DNA from: a virus
Lineage: Duplodnaviria > Caudoviricetes
Length of the DNA: 64,000 bases
Reading direction: 5' to 3' (one strand)
Virus record (IMG/VR): IMGVR_UViG_3300024283_000010
Location: 1-64,000 of that record
In this document: piece after piece, positions 12,251 through 20,651 of the stretch
Numbering within the stretch: the first letter of the stretch is position 1
Layout of the letters: the number at the start of each line of letters is the position of its first letter
Notes under the pieces: model-generated
The model's input: the letters and a program-made list of their open reading frames with translations, nothing else
The model's database searches: none
What the model was told of the DNA's origin: nothing
Position numbers and translations under genes: made by a program

Positions 12251-12556
12251 ATGAAACAAAAATTGGCAACTGCACCTTTACCTACCTTTGATTGGAACGA
12301 AAATATAAAATGGATTTCAGGATGCGTAACCTTCCTGCTGGGATACATTTATTATATTAATTACTACTTCAAGAACAAAGCCAAAGAGAAACAAGAGTTC
12401 ATACAGGACATTGTTAAGGCTACTTTGCGGACTACACTTGACCATGAATTGCAGACCATCAAGACAAACATAGACAAACTGTTTGAATTAAGGGAAGATG
12501 ACAGGACGCATTCTGACGCGCAATTTAAGGAGTTGCTGAGAGAGATTAAGAAATGA
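12251..12556 (+). CDS. Single-TM coiled-coil protein (holin/antiholin-like)
   Basis: One TM segment (WISGCVTFLLGYIYYINYYF) followed by a charged coiled coil. Confidence 0.4.
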   Translation: MKQKLATAPLPTFDWNENIKWISGCVTFLLGYIYYINYYFKNKAKEKQEFIQDIVKATLRTTLDHELQTIKTNIDKLFELREDDRTHSDAQFKELLREIKK

Positions 12557-12557
12557 G

Positions 12558-12956
12558 ATGGCAAAGCGCATAGACCCGACTAAAAATGTGTTGCAGTTAG
12601 TCGCGGCGTCTATTAAGCGTATTGATGATCTTCGCGAAGCTGATCGTAAACTTTCAGAGGCTAAGAACGAATTGATGCGAATTAGCTTCGAGTACGAAGA
12701 TAAACTCAGGCAAAAAGAATCAGACCGCTTAGACGCCAATTTAGAGGGCTTGAGAAACCTTATCAAATCCACACAAGATACAGCCACTTTACAGCTTGAC
12801 AGGCTCACTAACAGGGTATCAGCTTTAGAACTATCACAATCACAGAACGCAGGACGGTCTGGGATCAGCACACAGTTACTTATTGCTATTGCTATTGTAG
12901 TCGGTGGGATAATTGGTGGAATTGTTATGGCATATTTTCATACTACTAATAAATAA
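12558..12956 (+). CDS. Coiled-coil protein with C-terminal TM helix
   Basis: Heptad-rich N-terminus, C-terminal LLIAIAIVVGGIIGGIVMAY. Confidence 0.45.
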   Translation: MAKRIDPTKNVLQLVAASIKRIDDLREADRKLSEAKNELMRISFEYEDKLRQKESDRLDANLEGLRNLIKSTQDTATLQLDRLTNRVSALELSQSQNAGRSGISTQLLIAIAIVVGGIIGGIVMAYFHTTNK

Positions 12957-13020
12957 TTTTTGTATCTTAGCTATTGCTAAATAACCACGACTATTTAGTA
13001 CTTTTGGGAAAAATTTAACA

Positions 13021-13060
13021 AAGGGTGATTGCTTGTCGTGGGTAGTTGCCCTTTTTATTT
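13021..13060 (+). terminator. Intrinsic terminator
   Basis: AAGGGTGATTGC / GTAGTTGCCCTT stem followed by T-rich tract. Confidence 0.5.
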
Positions 13061-13250
13061 TTATGAAATTTAAAATCATACGCGAATCAGGAAGCCATCT
13101 CACTAAACCCCTGAAATGGGCTAAAATGATGCCATTTGAGAAATGGGAAGTTAGAAGTTGCACAGAAGAACAGTTTGAACAACGTCATGCGCCAAAAGAA
13201 GGCAGTTGGCGTTCGGTAGGCACAAATCATACTACCACCCGAAATGGAAA

Positions 13251-13430
13251 ATGGATAAAGAGGCAAATGGTATAAAAGATAAAAAGACTACACATGGTAC
13301 AGTTACAATGTATAGAAAATATAAATGCAGATGTGATTTATGTACAATTGCATATAAGGCATCGAGAGCTAAGGAGGCTGAACAAAGAAAGAAAAAGATC
13401 GTTGAATTAAAACTTTTGAAAGCAAGCTAA
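13251..13430 (+). CDS. Small zinc-finger protein (HGT..Y...CRCxxC type)
   Basis: THGTVTMYRKYKCRCDLC motif; ATG at 13251 preferred to the track start. Confidence 0.5.
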   Translation: MDKEANGIKDKKTTHGTVTMYRKYKCRCDLCTIAYKASRAKEAEQRKKKIVELKLLKAS

Positions 13431-13466
13431 TTTTTATTTATATTAGCTGTGCAAAACAGCCTCAGT

Positions 13467-15851
13467 ATGAGAAAATTAGTCCTAATTGCTTTAACTGTTC
13501 TTTTCCCATTATTTTGTCTATCGCAAGCTATACCCGGCTGTGGGACTTTTACATCGAGTGGCCCGATAACGGCAACTAGTAATTCAACTATTTCGGGTAA
13601 ATCAATTGACCTTGCAAATGCAGCGACAATAGGCATAAACATTCCAAATGGGGTACATGATGTGCATATCACTAAGTGTATTATTAAAAATGGCACGACA
13701 GCGAATGGACTGATTAAAATCGGGTCGGGCTGCTACAACATAACGATTGATACGTGTTTTTTAGAGGCTGGTTGGAGAGGTATTAATGCGGTAGGTGCAA
13801 CTAATCAAATCCATATTTGGTATAATTATTTTCATAACATTATTGACCCGAATGTGACAGCAACTTCAAGTGATGGTGGGGGGAGTTCGGTTCAACTTAA
13901 TAATTGCAATGGTGTAGGCATTCAAATACTAGATAACAAATCCTATCACGATGTCTCTAGCAGTGGTATAGGAGACCAATATTCAATCTTTCAATGCAAT
14001 GGTACACCAGCATCTCCAATACGTTGTTGTCGCAACCAAGCGCTTAATGGAAGCACTAATCCGCCGGGGACGGGGTATGTAGCCGCAGTGGCCGGAGATG
14101 TCGGCGGGTCTTGGCAACGGTGCGATAGCAATGTATTCGTCAATACCGGTAGTGTGCTATGCCAAGTACAGGGCGGTACAAACATAGAGATGTCATACAA
14201 TACAGGCTATCTTGCTCAAACATCATACACATCAGTAGGTATGGCCTATGGTAATTATTCAGGTGCTCCATCTAATAATGTTACTATGGCGTTTAATAAC
14301 GTTAGGTGTATACAAGCATCGGGCGGTGTTTTTAATTACTGGTTTGATTCTTCGAATGTGACAGCTCCGGCAGGATGGGCAACCAATACTACTTCAACAT
14401 CCCTGAACGCTTCAATACTTCCAAATCCATTATGGCCTCCATGTAACCCTGTAGTGTTACCACCTAATATCAGCTACACTGGTTCACCATTTACGTTCGT
14501 AGTTAGTACGGCTATTTCAAGCCTTGTACCGTCAAATTCGGGAGGAAATGTAGTTTCATACTCCGTTAGTCCATCACTTCCTTCGGGCTTAGGAATATCG
14601 AGCGTGAATGGTATCGTGAGCGGCGTTCCATCGGTTGCAACTGCGCAGGCTACGTACACGGTAAAAGCGGTTAATTCTGCGGGACAAAGCACTTTCCCAT
14701 TAGTGATAACGGTTAATCCTGCACTGGTCAATAAACCAGTTATAAGTTATTCACCAAATAGCGTAGTCGGAACTATTAATAGTGCTATACCGACACTAAA
14801 TGCTTCCAATACGGGGTCGCCAGTTGTTATGTGGGGTATCAGTCCTTCGTTACCCGCAAACTTAACATTCAATTCAGGCACAATTTCAGGCGTTCCTACG
14901 GCAGCGCAGGGCGCGACTACATATACGGTCAGCGCAACAAATTCGGGAGGCGTAGGGACAGCGAATGTGACAATACAAGTTAATCCGATAAAGCCAAGTA
15001 TTTCCTACAGTGGCAGTCCTTATTTATTCACTCAAAATTCAGCGATAGTACCCCTTAATCCAACAAATACGGGTGGGCAAATTACATCGTTTTCAGTTAG
15101 CCCTGCTTTACCAAGCGGCTTATCCCTAAATACTATATCGGGTCAAATAAGTGGCACACCTACGGCTACACAATCAGCGGCTACATATAATATAACAGCC
15201 GTAAATGCGGGTGGAAATTCTATCTTCCCGATTTCGATCCAAATTCAAGCACCTGCTGTTGCAGCACCGATAATTTCCTACTCTCCAAGTTCACAGACAG
15301 GGATTATAAACGTGGCTATAAACAATATGAACCCTATTAACAGCGGCGGCGCTGCAACGGGGTTTACTATTAGCCCATCTTTACCCACAGGACTTAATTT
15401 TAACACGTCTAATGGCGTTATTAGTGGAACAGCGACAGTTATATCAGGTTCGACAAGTTATACGATTGTAGGGTCTAATACTGGCGGCAGTTCAACGACC
15501 CATGTCACAATTCAAATTAATCCGATACCTGCACCAAACATAAGCTATACAGTATCATCGGTTTTGTATTTAACCAATCAGGCTATTACCCCCTTGTCGC
15601 CCTCAAATACGGGCGGAGCAATTAGCGGATATACGACAGATGTATCATTACCTGCCGGACTTACGATAGACGCTACCTCAGGCATAATTTCAGGTGTACC
15701 AACGCAGGTTACAGCACCCATAACGGTTACAATAAAGGCCACAAATAGCACAGGATTTTCAACATTCCCAATTCAGTTTGCCGTTAACCCTCAACCTGTT
15801 ACGCACTGGTACTTGATAAATCAAAGCTTTTTTGGCCCTGTAATATATTAA
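13467..15851 (+). CDS. Secreted protein: parallel beta-helix domain plus five putative Ig (He_PIG-like) repeats
   Basis: Signal peptide MRKLVLIALTVLFPLFCLS-Q (ATG 13467); Asn/Cys-rich beta-helix N-half; five ~85-aa repeats 'P.ISY...SP.LP.GL......G.ISG.P......Y.V.A.N..G'. Confidence 0.8.
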   Translation: MRKLVLIALTVLFPLFCLSQAIPGCGTFTSSGPITATSNSTISGKSIDLANAATIGINIPNGVHDVHITKCIIKNGTTANGLIKIGSGCYNITIDTCFLEAGWRGINAVGATNQIHIWYNYFHNIIDPNVTATSSDGGGSSVQLNNCNGVGIQILDNKSYHDVSSSGIGDQYSIFQCNGTPASPIRCCRNQALNGSTNPPGTGYVAAVAGDVGGSWQRCDSNVFVNTGSVLCQVQGGTNIEMSYNTGYLAQTSYTSVGMAYGNYSGAPSNNVTMAFNNVRCIQASGGVFNYWFDSSNVTAPAGWATNTTSTSLNASILPNPLWPPCNPVVLPPNISYTGSPFTFVVSTAISSLVPSNSGGNVVSYSVSPSLPSGLGISSVNGIVSGVPSVATAQATYTVKAVNSAGQSTFPLVITVNPALVNKPVISYSPNSVVGTINSAIPTLNASNTGSPVVMWGISPSLPANLTFNSGTISGVPTAAQGATTYTVSATNSGGVGTANVTIQVNPIKPSISYSGSPYLFTQNSAIVPLNPTNTGGQITSFSVSPALPSGLSLNTISGQISGTPTATQSAATYNITAVNAGGNSIFPISIQIQAPAVAAPIISYSPSSQTGIINVAINNMNPINSGGAATGFTISPSLPTGLNFNTSNGVISGTATVISGSTSYTIVGSNTGGSSTTHVTIQINPIPAPNISYTVSSVLYLTNQAITPLSPSNTGGAISGYTTDVSLPAGLTIDATSGIISGVPTQVTAPITVTIKATNSTGFSTFPIQFAVNPQPVTHWYLINQSFFGPVIY

Positions 15852-15874
15852 AAAAAGCCCCAATTAAGGGGCTT
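15850..15874 (-). terminator. Intrinsic terminator closing the leftward RAMP/array operon (probably bidirectional)
   Basis: AAGCCCC-AATTAA-GGGGCTT hairpin; A-run at 15850-15856 gives the U-tract on the minus strand. Confidence 0.75.
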
Positions 15875-15880
15875 AATTCT

Positions 15881-16238
15881 TTACCACACCAAGCCCAACC
15901 TGACCTAAAATTATATATGCCAAACCGGGTAACATATTACCTTACCGGAAGCCACCATAATTTACCTATGACCATATCAGACCCCACCACATCGTACCAA
16001 ACCACTGACCTCATCCCGCTTCATCAAATATTATCTAACCGCATCTTAATTCACCAAACCTCTGACCAAATCCTGCCTCAACGCGCCTAACCATATCTGA
16101 CCGCATTATACCTAACCGCTGACCCTGCCACTCCATATACGAACATACCCAACCATAAACGACCAGTCCTTGCCACCGACCCTATCGCATCAGACCATTC
16201 CAATACTTACCCCATCAGAACTTGCCCTACCTCTGACC
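15881..16238 (-). ncRNA. Non-coding GGY-NN pentamer array in 57-nt units (VIPR-type guide RNA array candidate)
   Basis: Minus strand parses as GGTC(A/G)GN head + 10 pentamers; heads at 16238, 16181, 16124, 16067, 16010 (exact 57-nt spacing), then 15973 and 15905; no ORF of 60 aa or more in the track; starts right after a stop codon and ends at a terminator. Confidence 0.8.
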
Positions 16239-16682
16239 CTACTTTCTACTTGATGAAAAGACTTGTTGCAAGTTACTTAATCTGGCAATCAAATCATTAT
16301 TTTTGCCTACTTGTTCAGTAGGAATAGCATTGGTTCTGACATTCAGCATAATATTACGTGCTGTTTTCAATTCCTTTTTAATAGCATCAATAGCTGAATT
16401 AAACCCAAATTGCACTTGATCTTTTGGTGGCAATAAAGTATAACCATCGCCACGAATATTCCTTAGATAGTACATTTCTTTTTCAAGTAATTCATTTCGT
16501 AAATTATCAACCATCTGCATGTACTTGAATTGAATGTTTTGATAGTCTTCGACGTATTTCGCTGTGTTATTATAATTACGTATCTGAGGGAATTTTATAT
16601 TAAAAATATCTCTCAGATAGTCGTGAGTGATGAGCTGTCCCGGCTCAAATTCACTCACTATTTTTGCAATAATTTCATCCAT
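16239..16682 (-). CDS. wHTH-like accessory protein between the RAMP-like gene and the array
   Basis: 147 aa; 'YLRNIRGDGYTL' wing-like motif followed by long helices; 2 nt from the upstream gene. Confidence 0.55.
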   Translation of the reverse strand: MDEIIAKIVSEFEPGQLITHDYLRDIFNIKFPQIRNYNNTAKYVEDYQNIQFKYMQMVDNLRNELLEKEMYYLRNIRGDGYTLLPPKDQVQFGFNSAIDAIKKELKTARNIMLNVRTNAIPTEQVGKNNDLIARLSNLQQVFSSSRK

Positions 16683-16684
16683 GA

Positions 16685-17251
16685 TTAAACTTTTTCTACC
16701 GTGAATCTACCATAACGTGGCCTGTAGTCGCAGACACCAATATACATTCCGGCATTCTTTACAATTGTGTCTACTTCGGTTTCATTCAGTTTGGCTTCAT
16801 CCAAAAATATAGTGCATGTAAATTCCCATGAATGAAAAATAGGACGACACCTCATCGTTTTTGCCTGACCAACTTTTACAGTTCTCATATCGCAATAACC
16901 GGGAACATCGAATAACTTAGGTGGTGGTACTTTTGAATGCTTAAACTCAAATATGGCATCGTCCGGTACGATTGCAGCTTGTTTCCATAATACCCCTTGT
17001 TTAAACTGTTTGGCAGACGCTAAAAACGTAGCATCAAGAACACTGGATGGCATAATGTATATCCCATCTTCATAATAACAAGACGCCTCAAATTCACAAC
17101 GGGCGATAGCCTCTTGATCTTCATCTGTTTTCTGTCTCTTTTTAGTGAGTTCCTTTAATCTTTTAGTAAAAGGATGTAACGGATTAGCGGTTTTGTCGCT
17201 GTGCATCAATAATGGGGCTGTGCCCTTGATACGATAACTTAAAGTTTTCAT
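16685..17251 (-). CDS. Stand-alone RAMP/Cas7-like protein (Vipr-like candidate)
   Basis: 188 aa; N-terminal strand 'YRIKGTAPLLMH', central 'DMRTVKV....MRCRPIF..W', C-terminal Gly-rich loop 'AGMYIGVCDYRPRYGRF'; linked to the GGY-NN array. Confidence 0.7.
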   Translation of the reverse strand: MKTLSYRIKGTAPLLMHSDKTANPLHPFTKRLKELTKKRQKTDEDQEAIARCEFEASCYYEDGIYIMPSSVLDATFLASAKQFKQGVLWKQAAIVPDDAIFEFKHSKVPPPKLFDVPGYCDMRTVKVGQAKTMRCRPIFHSWEFTCTIFLDEAKLNETEVDTIVKNAGMYIGVCDYRPRYGRFTVEKV

Positions 17252-17261
17252 TTTTTGAAAA

Positions 17262-17371
17262 TAAAAAACCCGTATCAGCCGTTCGGGTCTTTCGCTACCT
17301 TACTAAGCCAACACGGGCTAAATCTTTTTAATCTGTTTGTTATCTCTTGGCGAAAGTCGGATAACACAATG
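17262..17371 (-). promoter_or_regulatory. Structured 5' leader with terminator-like hairpin (attenuator/riboregulator candidate)
   Basis: TGTTATC/GATAACA stem; loop CTTTCGC complementary to downstream GCGAAAG; ACCCG..CGGGT-TTTTTT hairpin just before the ATG. Confidence 0.5.
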
Positions 17372-17403
17372 CAAATATAATTATTGTATATTTAATATCA
17401 AAA
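17372..17403 (-). promoter_or_regulatory. Bacteroidota sigmaA-type promoter
   Basis: TTTG (17400-17403) - 20 nt - TATATTTG (17372-17379), matching the -33/-7 consensus TTTG / TAnnTTTG. Confidence 0.7.
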
Positions 17404-17515
17404 TACTAACTTTAAATAGCCCCCAACAGCAAGCGCGATCTGCGCAGCTTAAAATAGGTTAGATAGGTAGAAAAGTCTTGCGCGATGTGAGACTTTTTTT
17501 ATTATATTTGATTAT

Positions 17516-18040
17516 ATGAAAACAGTTAAATTCAGACCATTAAGAGTAATTAAAAAGTCAGGCAAAATAACGGTTGCTTCATATATGCAATGGAGAAGTA
17601 TCAAGACTTCTGATTATAATAATTTCAATCTAATTATAGACGAAAGCTACAAGATGCTAAATGATGAAGATTTTGTCTATAACCACGAGGGGGAACAATT
17701 ATTCTTTTATGATTTTAAACCTTGTGATATTATTGTGAATCCCGATATTCCAAAATCAGACGGATTTCAACCAAGTTCAGAAAACACGTATGAATATCTA
17801 AATTTCAGAAATGAAAATCCATACATCTTACTTGATAAAGGCGATTACAAAACTTATTGGTGCAGAGGATTAGATTGTGACGGAGTGCCAACTTTAAGCC
17901 ATTATACCGCAGATTATATTGTAAGTGACCATACACGTGATTTTACTTTATTTGAACCGCTTACAGTTGGAATGGTTAAAATGTGGTTTGGATGGTTCTT
18001 ATGGCAATTAGAAAATTCTAGATTACAAATACTAAATTAG
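17516..18040 (+). CDS. Hypothetical protein
   Basis: 174-aa ORF with TATATTTG at 17503-17510 just upstream. Confidence 0.6.
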   Translation: MKTVKFRPLRVIKKSGKITVASYMQWRSIKTSDYNNFNLIIDESYKMLNDEDFVYNHEGEQLFFYDFKPCDIIVNPDIPKSDGFQPSSENTYEYLNFRNENPYILLDKGDYKTYWCRGLDCDGVPTLSHYTADYIVSDHTRDFTLFEPLTVGMVKMWFGWFLWQLENSRLQILN

Positions 18041-18305
18041 TACATGCGCGTCATCCTCACCATAATCGGCTGTGTGTTCCTATGGTTCTTATTTTTATGG
18101 ATGGCTTATTTGATAAACCAATGAAATACCTCCACTTCGGCTTACCACGTAACAGGATACTTTGGATAGGGGTTGTTATCTTCTTGGCACTCTATCTTTT
18201 GCACGTTTGGTTGTTGTTGGTTAGGGTGTATGGGGGAGAATAGAAAAAGGGCGACCGAAGCCACCCTCATAAACCCCATTTGTCAACCACGATTAGTGGG
18301 GAATG

Positions 18306-18617
18306 TCAATTATTGATGAGTATTTCCAAAGGTTGTGTTTCTTGTATTTGTTCAAAAGTCATTATTGACGCTTTTAGTTCTTCAATAGGTATAAACAATT
18401 CTGGGCTAAACCATGAAGCACCATTACAATGCCCAACAACGCCAACATAAACAAACGGGCCTAATCCATTTGCCGGGTTGATTTTACTAACACATTCAGA
18501 AATTATGTATGTAACACCATGCTTAAACCCTCTATTTTTATCTGAAAGATTGGGATTTAAAATAACTTTTTGGCCTGCGTAAAATGGGAGCATAATCGTG
18601 GTTGTTTTATAACACAA
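18306..18617 (-). CDS. Hypothetical protein
   Basis: 103-aa ORF followed by a hairpin at ~18245-18270. Confidence 0.45.
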   Translation of the reverse strand: MCYKTTTIMLPFYAGQKVILNPNLSDKNRGFKHGVTYIISECVSKINPANGLGPFVYVGVVGHCNGASWFSPELFIPIEELKASIMTFEQIQETQPLEILINN

Positions 18618-18661
18618 AGATACACATTTGCAAATAACAAATCAAAACTTTATCTTTAAAT

Positions 18662-18841
18662 ATGCAATACCTGAAAATTACAACTGAACAATTCACAAGG
18701 TTATTTCGCGTAAAGGAATTTAAAGGCCAATGGGATTGCTACGGCACTTGGAATGGGCTTGATATGTATTGTTTAGGAGATACGCCTGAAAATGCCCGTA
18801 TTGAAATGTGGCTAAGACTTAAAAAGAATAACTGGATTTAA
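18662..18841 (+). CDS. Small hypothetical protein (59 aa)
   Basis: Read manually: MQYLKITTEQFTRLFRVKEF...KKNNWI. Confidence 0.45.
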   Translation: MQYLKITTEQFTRLFRVKEFKGQWDCYGTWNGLDMYCLGDTPENARIEMWLRLKKNNWI

Positions 18842-18931
18842 CATGCTTTCAACCCTCCTCGTTTCTTTCAGCCTGATACTTGGCGTGACGGTGCTTATAA
18901 TGGATTGGAGGGGGAATAGGGATTTGTAGTT

Positions 18932-19120
18932 ATGGGATGGATAACATTAAGTAATGGCGAAACAGTTCACACGCAAGTGTTGAATCAAAATCCGATTGTC
19001 GAAATAGAAACGATGGAAACAAAAACCACAGGTGGAACAATCTATATTACACAAAATTATGTTTATGAAGACGGCACCAAGCAAACCGTTACTTTAAACT
19101 GGAAACCATATCTTTGTTAA
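18932..19120 (+). CDS. Small hypothetical protein
   Basis: 62-aa ORF directly upstream of the lysin. Confidence 0.45.
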   Translation: MGWITLSNGETVHTQVLNQNPIVEIETMETKTTGGTIYITQNYVYEDGTKQTVTLNWKPYLC

Positions 19121-19129
19121 AATTTATTC

Positions 19130-19669
19130 ATGAACCTACCTGACAAATACGCATGGCTCAATGACGAGCCGGGGCCAAAGATGCTGAAAGAGGCACTGGC
19201 ACTGTACGGCACACTGGAAACACCGGGTGCCGAAAATAATCCCGTTATAATGGCATGGGCAAAAGAGGTTGGTGTTAACGGGTGGTATCCCGGTGACGCT
19301 ACTCCGTGGTGCGGACTATTTCAGGGCGTCATAGCCAAACGTGCAGGATGGGATATAAGTAAAGACTTGTTAGCCGCCGCATCATGGGCATTATGGGGTA
19401 CACGCGTTGAACCCGGAAATGAAATGCTCGGTGATGTATTGGTATTCTCACGAACCGGCGGGCATCACGTAGCTGAATATATTGGGGAGAGCAAGGATAA
19501 TTTCCTTATCTATGGCGGCAATCAAGGTGATAAAGTTGGCTTTGAATGGATTGGCAAAAACAGGTGCATAGCAAGGCGTAGAGCACCGTGGAGAGTGTCA
19601 CAGCCTGCCAGTGTACGCAAGATATATTTAGATGATAACGGGGCTGTATTGGCTCATAATGAGGCTTAA
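19130..19669 (+). CDS. Putative endolysin, TIGR02594-type (NlpC/P60/CHAP-like)
   Basis: 'TPWCGLF', 'AASWALWG', 'GDVLVFSRTGGHHVA', 'IYGGNQGDKV' motifs with catalytic Cys/His. Confidence 0.8.
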   Translation: MNLPDKYAWLNDEPGPKMLKEALALYGTLETPGAENNPVIMAWAKEVGVNGWYPGDATPWCGLFQGVIAKRAGWDISKDLLAAASWALWGTRVEPGNEMLGDVLVFSRTGGHHVAEYIGESKDNFLIYGGNQGDKVGFEWIGKNRCIARRRAPWRVSQPASVRKIYLDDNGAVLAHNEA

Positions 19670-19704
19670 TAATATTTAACTATATTTGATTAAACTTTAA
19701 AACA

Positions 19705-20019
19705 ATGGCAGAAACAACCTCACAACCTCAATCTTGGCTTCTTACCAATATTAAGCCAGTTTTAGCCCTCATGATCGTAGTATTAGGATTTGGCTACTTC
19801 TACATGTGTTCGATAAGAAACATTAAGCCTGACCCTCAAATACTCATTGCTATGGTTACTTCTGTATCATTGGCTATTGGTTATTACTTTGGTTCAAGTC
19901 AAGGGAGTTCAGCTAAGAACGATACCATTGCTGCCAACGCTGGAAATCCGTCAATTACAAACGCTGATACGGTGAATGTTGCTGCGCAGCCTGAAAATCC
20001 CATCAACAAGGACGAATAA
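19705..20019 (+). CDS. Holin-like protein
   Basis: Two TM helices and 'GYYFGSS.GS..K' motif; follows the lysin. Confidence 0.65.
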   Translation: MAETTSQPQSWLLTNIKPVLALMIVVLGFGYFYMCSIRNIKPDPQILIAMVTSVSLAIGYYFGSSQGSSAKNDTIAANAGNPSITNADTVNVAAQPENPINKDE

Positions 20020-20046
20020 AAAAAACCGGATGATTAGTCCGGTTCT
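20018..20046. terminator. Terminator at convergent junction
   Basis: A-run + AACCGGA-7 nt-TCCGGTT hairpin. Confidence 0.6.
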
Positions 20047-20099
20047 GAAAGGTTATAAAATTGCTGAATAAGTTCTAAGCCACCAGTCAATCTGCGGCT

Positions 20100-20618
20100 C
20101 TATACGTTTGGGTTTTGTGTCCCCTCTACGTGGGGCTTAATTATCAGATGATAAATATACTCCAAAGCCGCCTCAATCTTCTGCGCCTCGGTGCCTGGGC
20201 TGAACAATAGCGTCAATATCGTTACACCTGCTTTAGAAATGATACCCCAAACATTATGGTCATCCTCATGCTGTTTAAGATATGCCTGTAGTTTAGCAAC
20301 GGCATCTTCCAAAGTAAGCGGTATTTCACCTTGTGCAAACTTTAGCTTATTAAGAAGAGTATCAATAAATCCGTGAACAACGTCGAGGCTTAAATCAGGA
20401 AATTTCAATTTTAACAAGTCGATAATAACCTGAGGTGTTTGATCGATATTGTTGTTAACGATAGCGAAAAGCCCTGATGCCCATTGAGCGGCTTTCTTTT
20501 CATCTTCTGTCAGCATGTCGTAAATGTCTTCTCCACTTTTAATGATAGGCTTCATAAAGAGGCCTAGTTTGTTGAGTACGAATGATAGTACGCCCCAAAT
20601 TGCAGTTAGTAATCCCAT
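20100..20618 (-). CDS. Hypothetical protein
   Basis: 172-aa helical ORF with hydrophobic N-terminus. Confidence 0.6.
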   Translation of the reverse strand: MGLLTAIWGVLSFVLNKLGLFMKPIIKSGEDIYDMLTEDEKKAAQWASGLFAIVNNNIDQTPQVIIDLLKLKFPDLSLDVVHGFIDTLLNKLKFAQGEIPLTLEDAVAKLQAYLKQHEDDHNVWGIISKAGVTILTLLFSPGTEAQKIEAALEYIYHLIIKPHVEGTQNPNV

Positions 20619-20651
20619 GATTTGATTGTTTAAATGTTTATGTAAAAGTAG

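Noticed and set aside
13033-13275. 80-aa ORF from the track
   Set aside because: It starts inside a terminator-like hairpin at a non-ATG codon and overlaps the zinc-finger ORF; a shorter version may exist but is unsupported.
15881-16238. Classical CRISPR array or degenerate microsatellite
   Set aside because: There are no 25-45-nt identical repeats with unique spacers and no cas1/cas2. Positions 4-5 of each pentamer are non-repetitive while the 57-nt phase is exact, which simple slippage would not produce.
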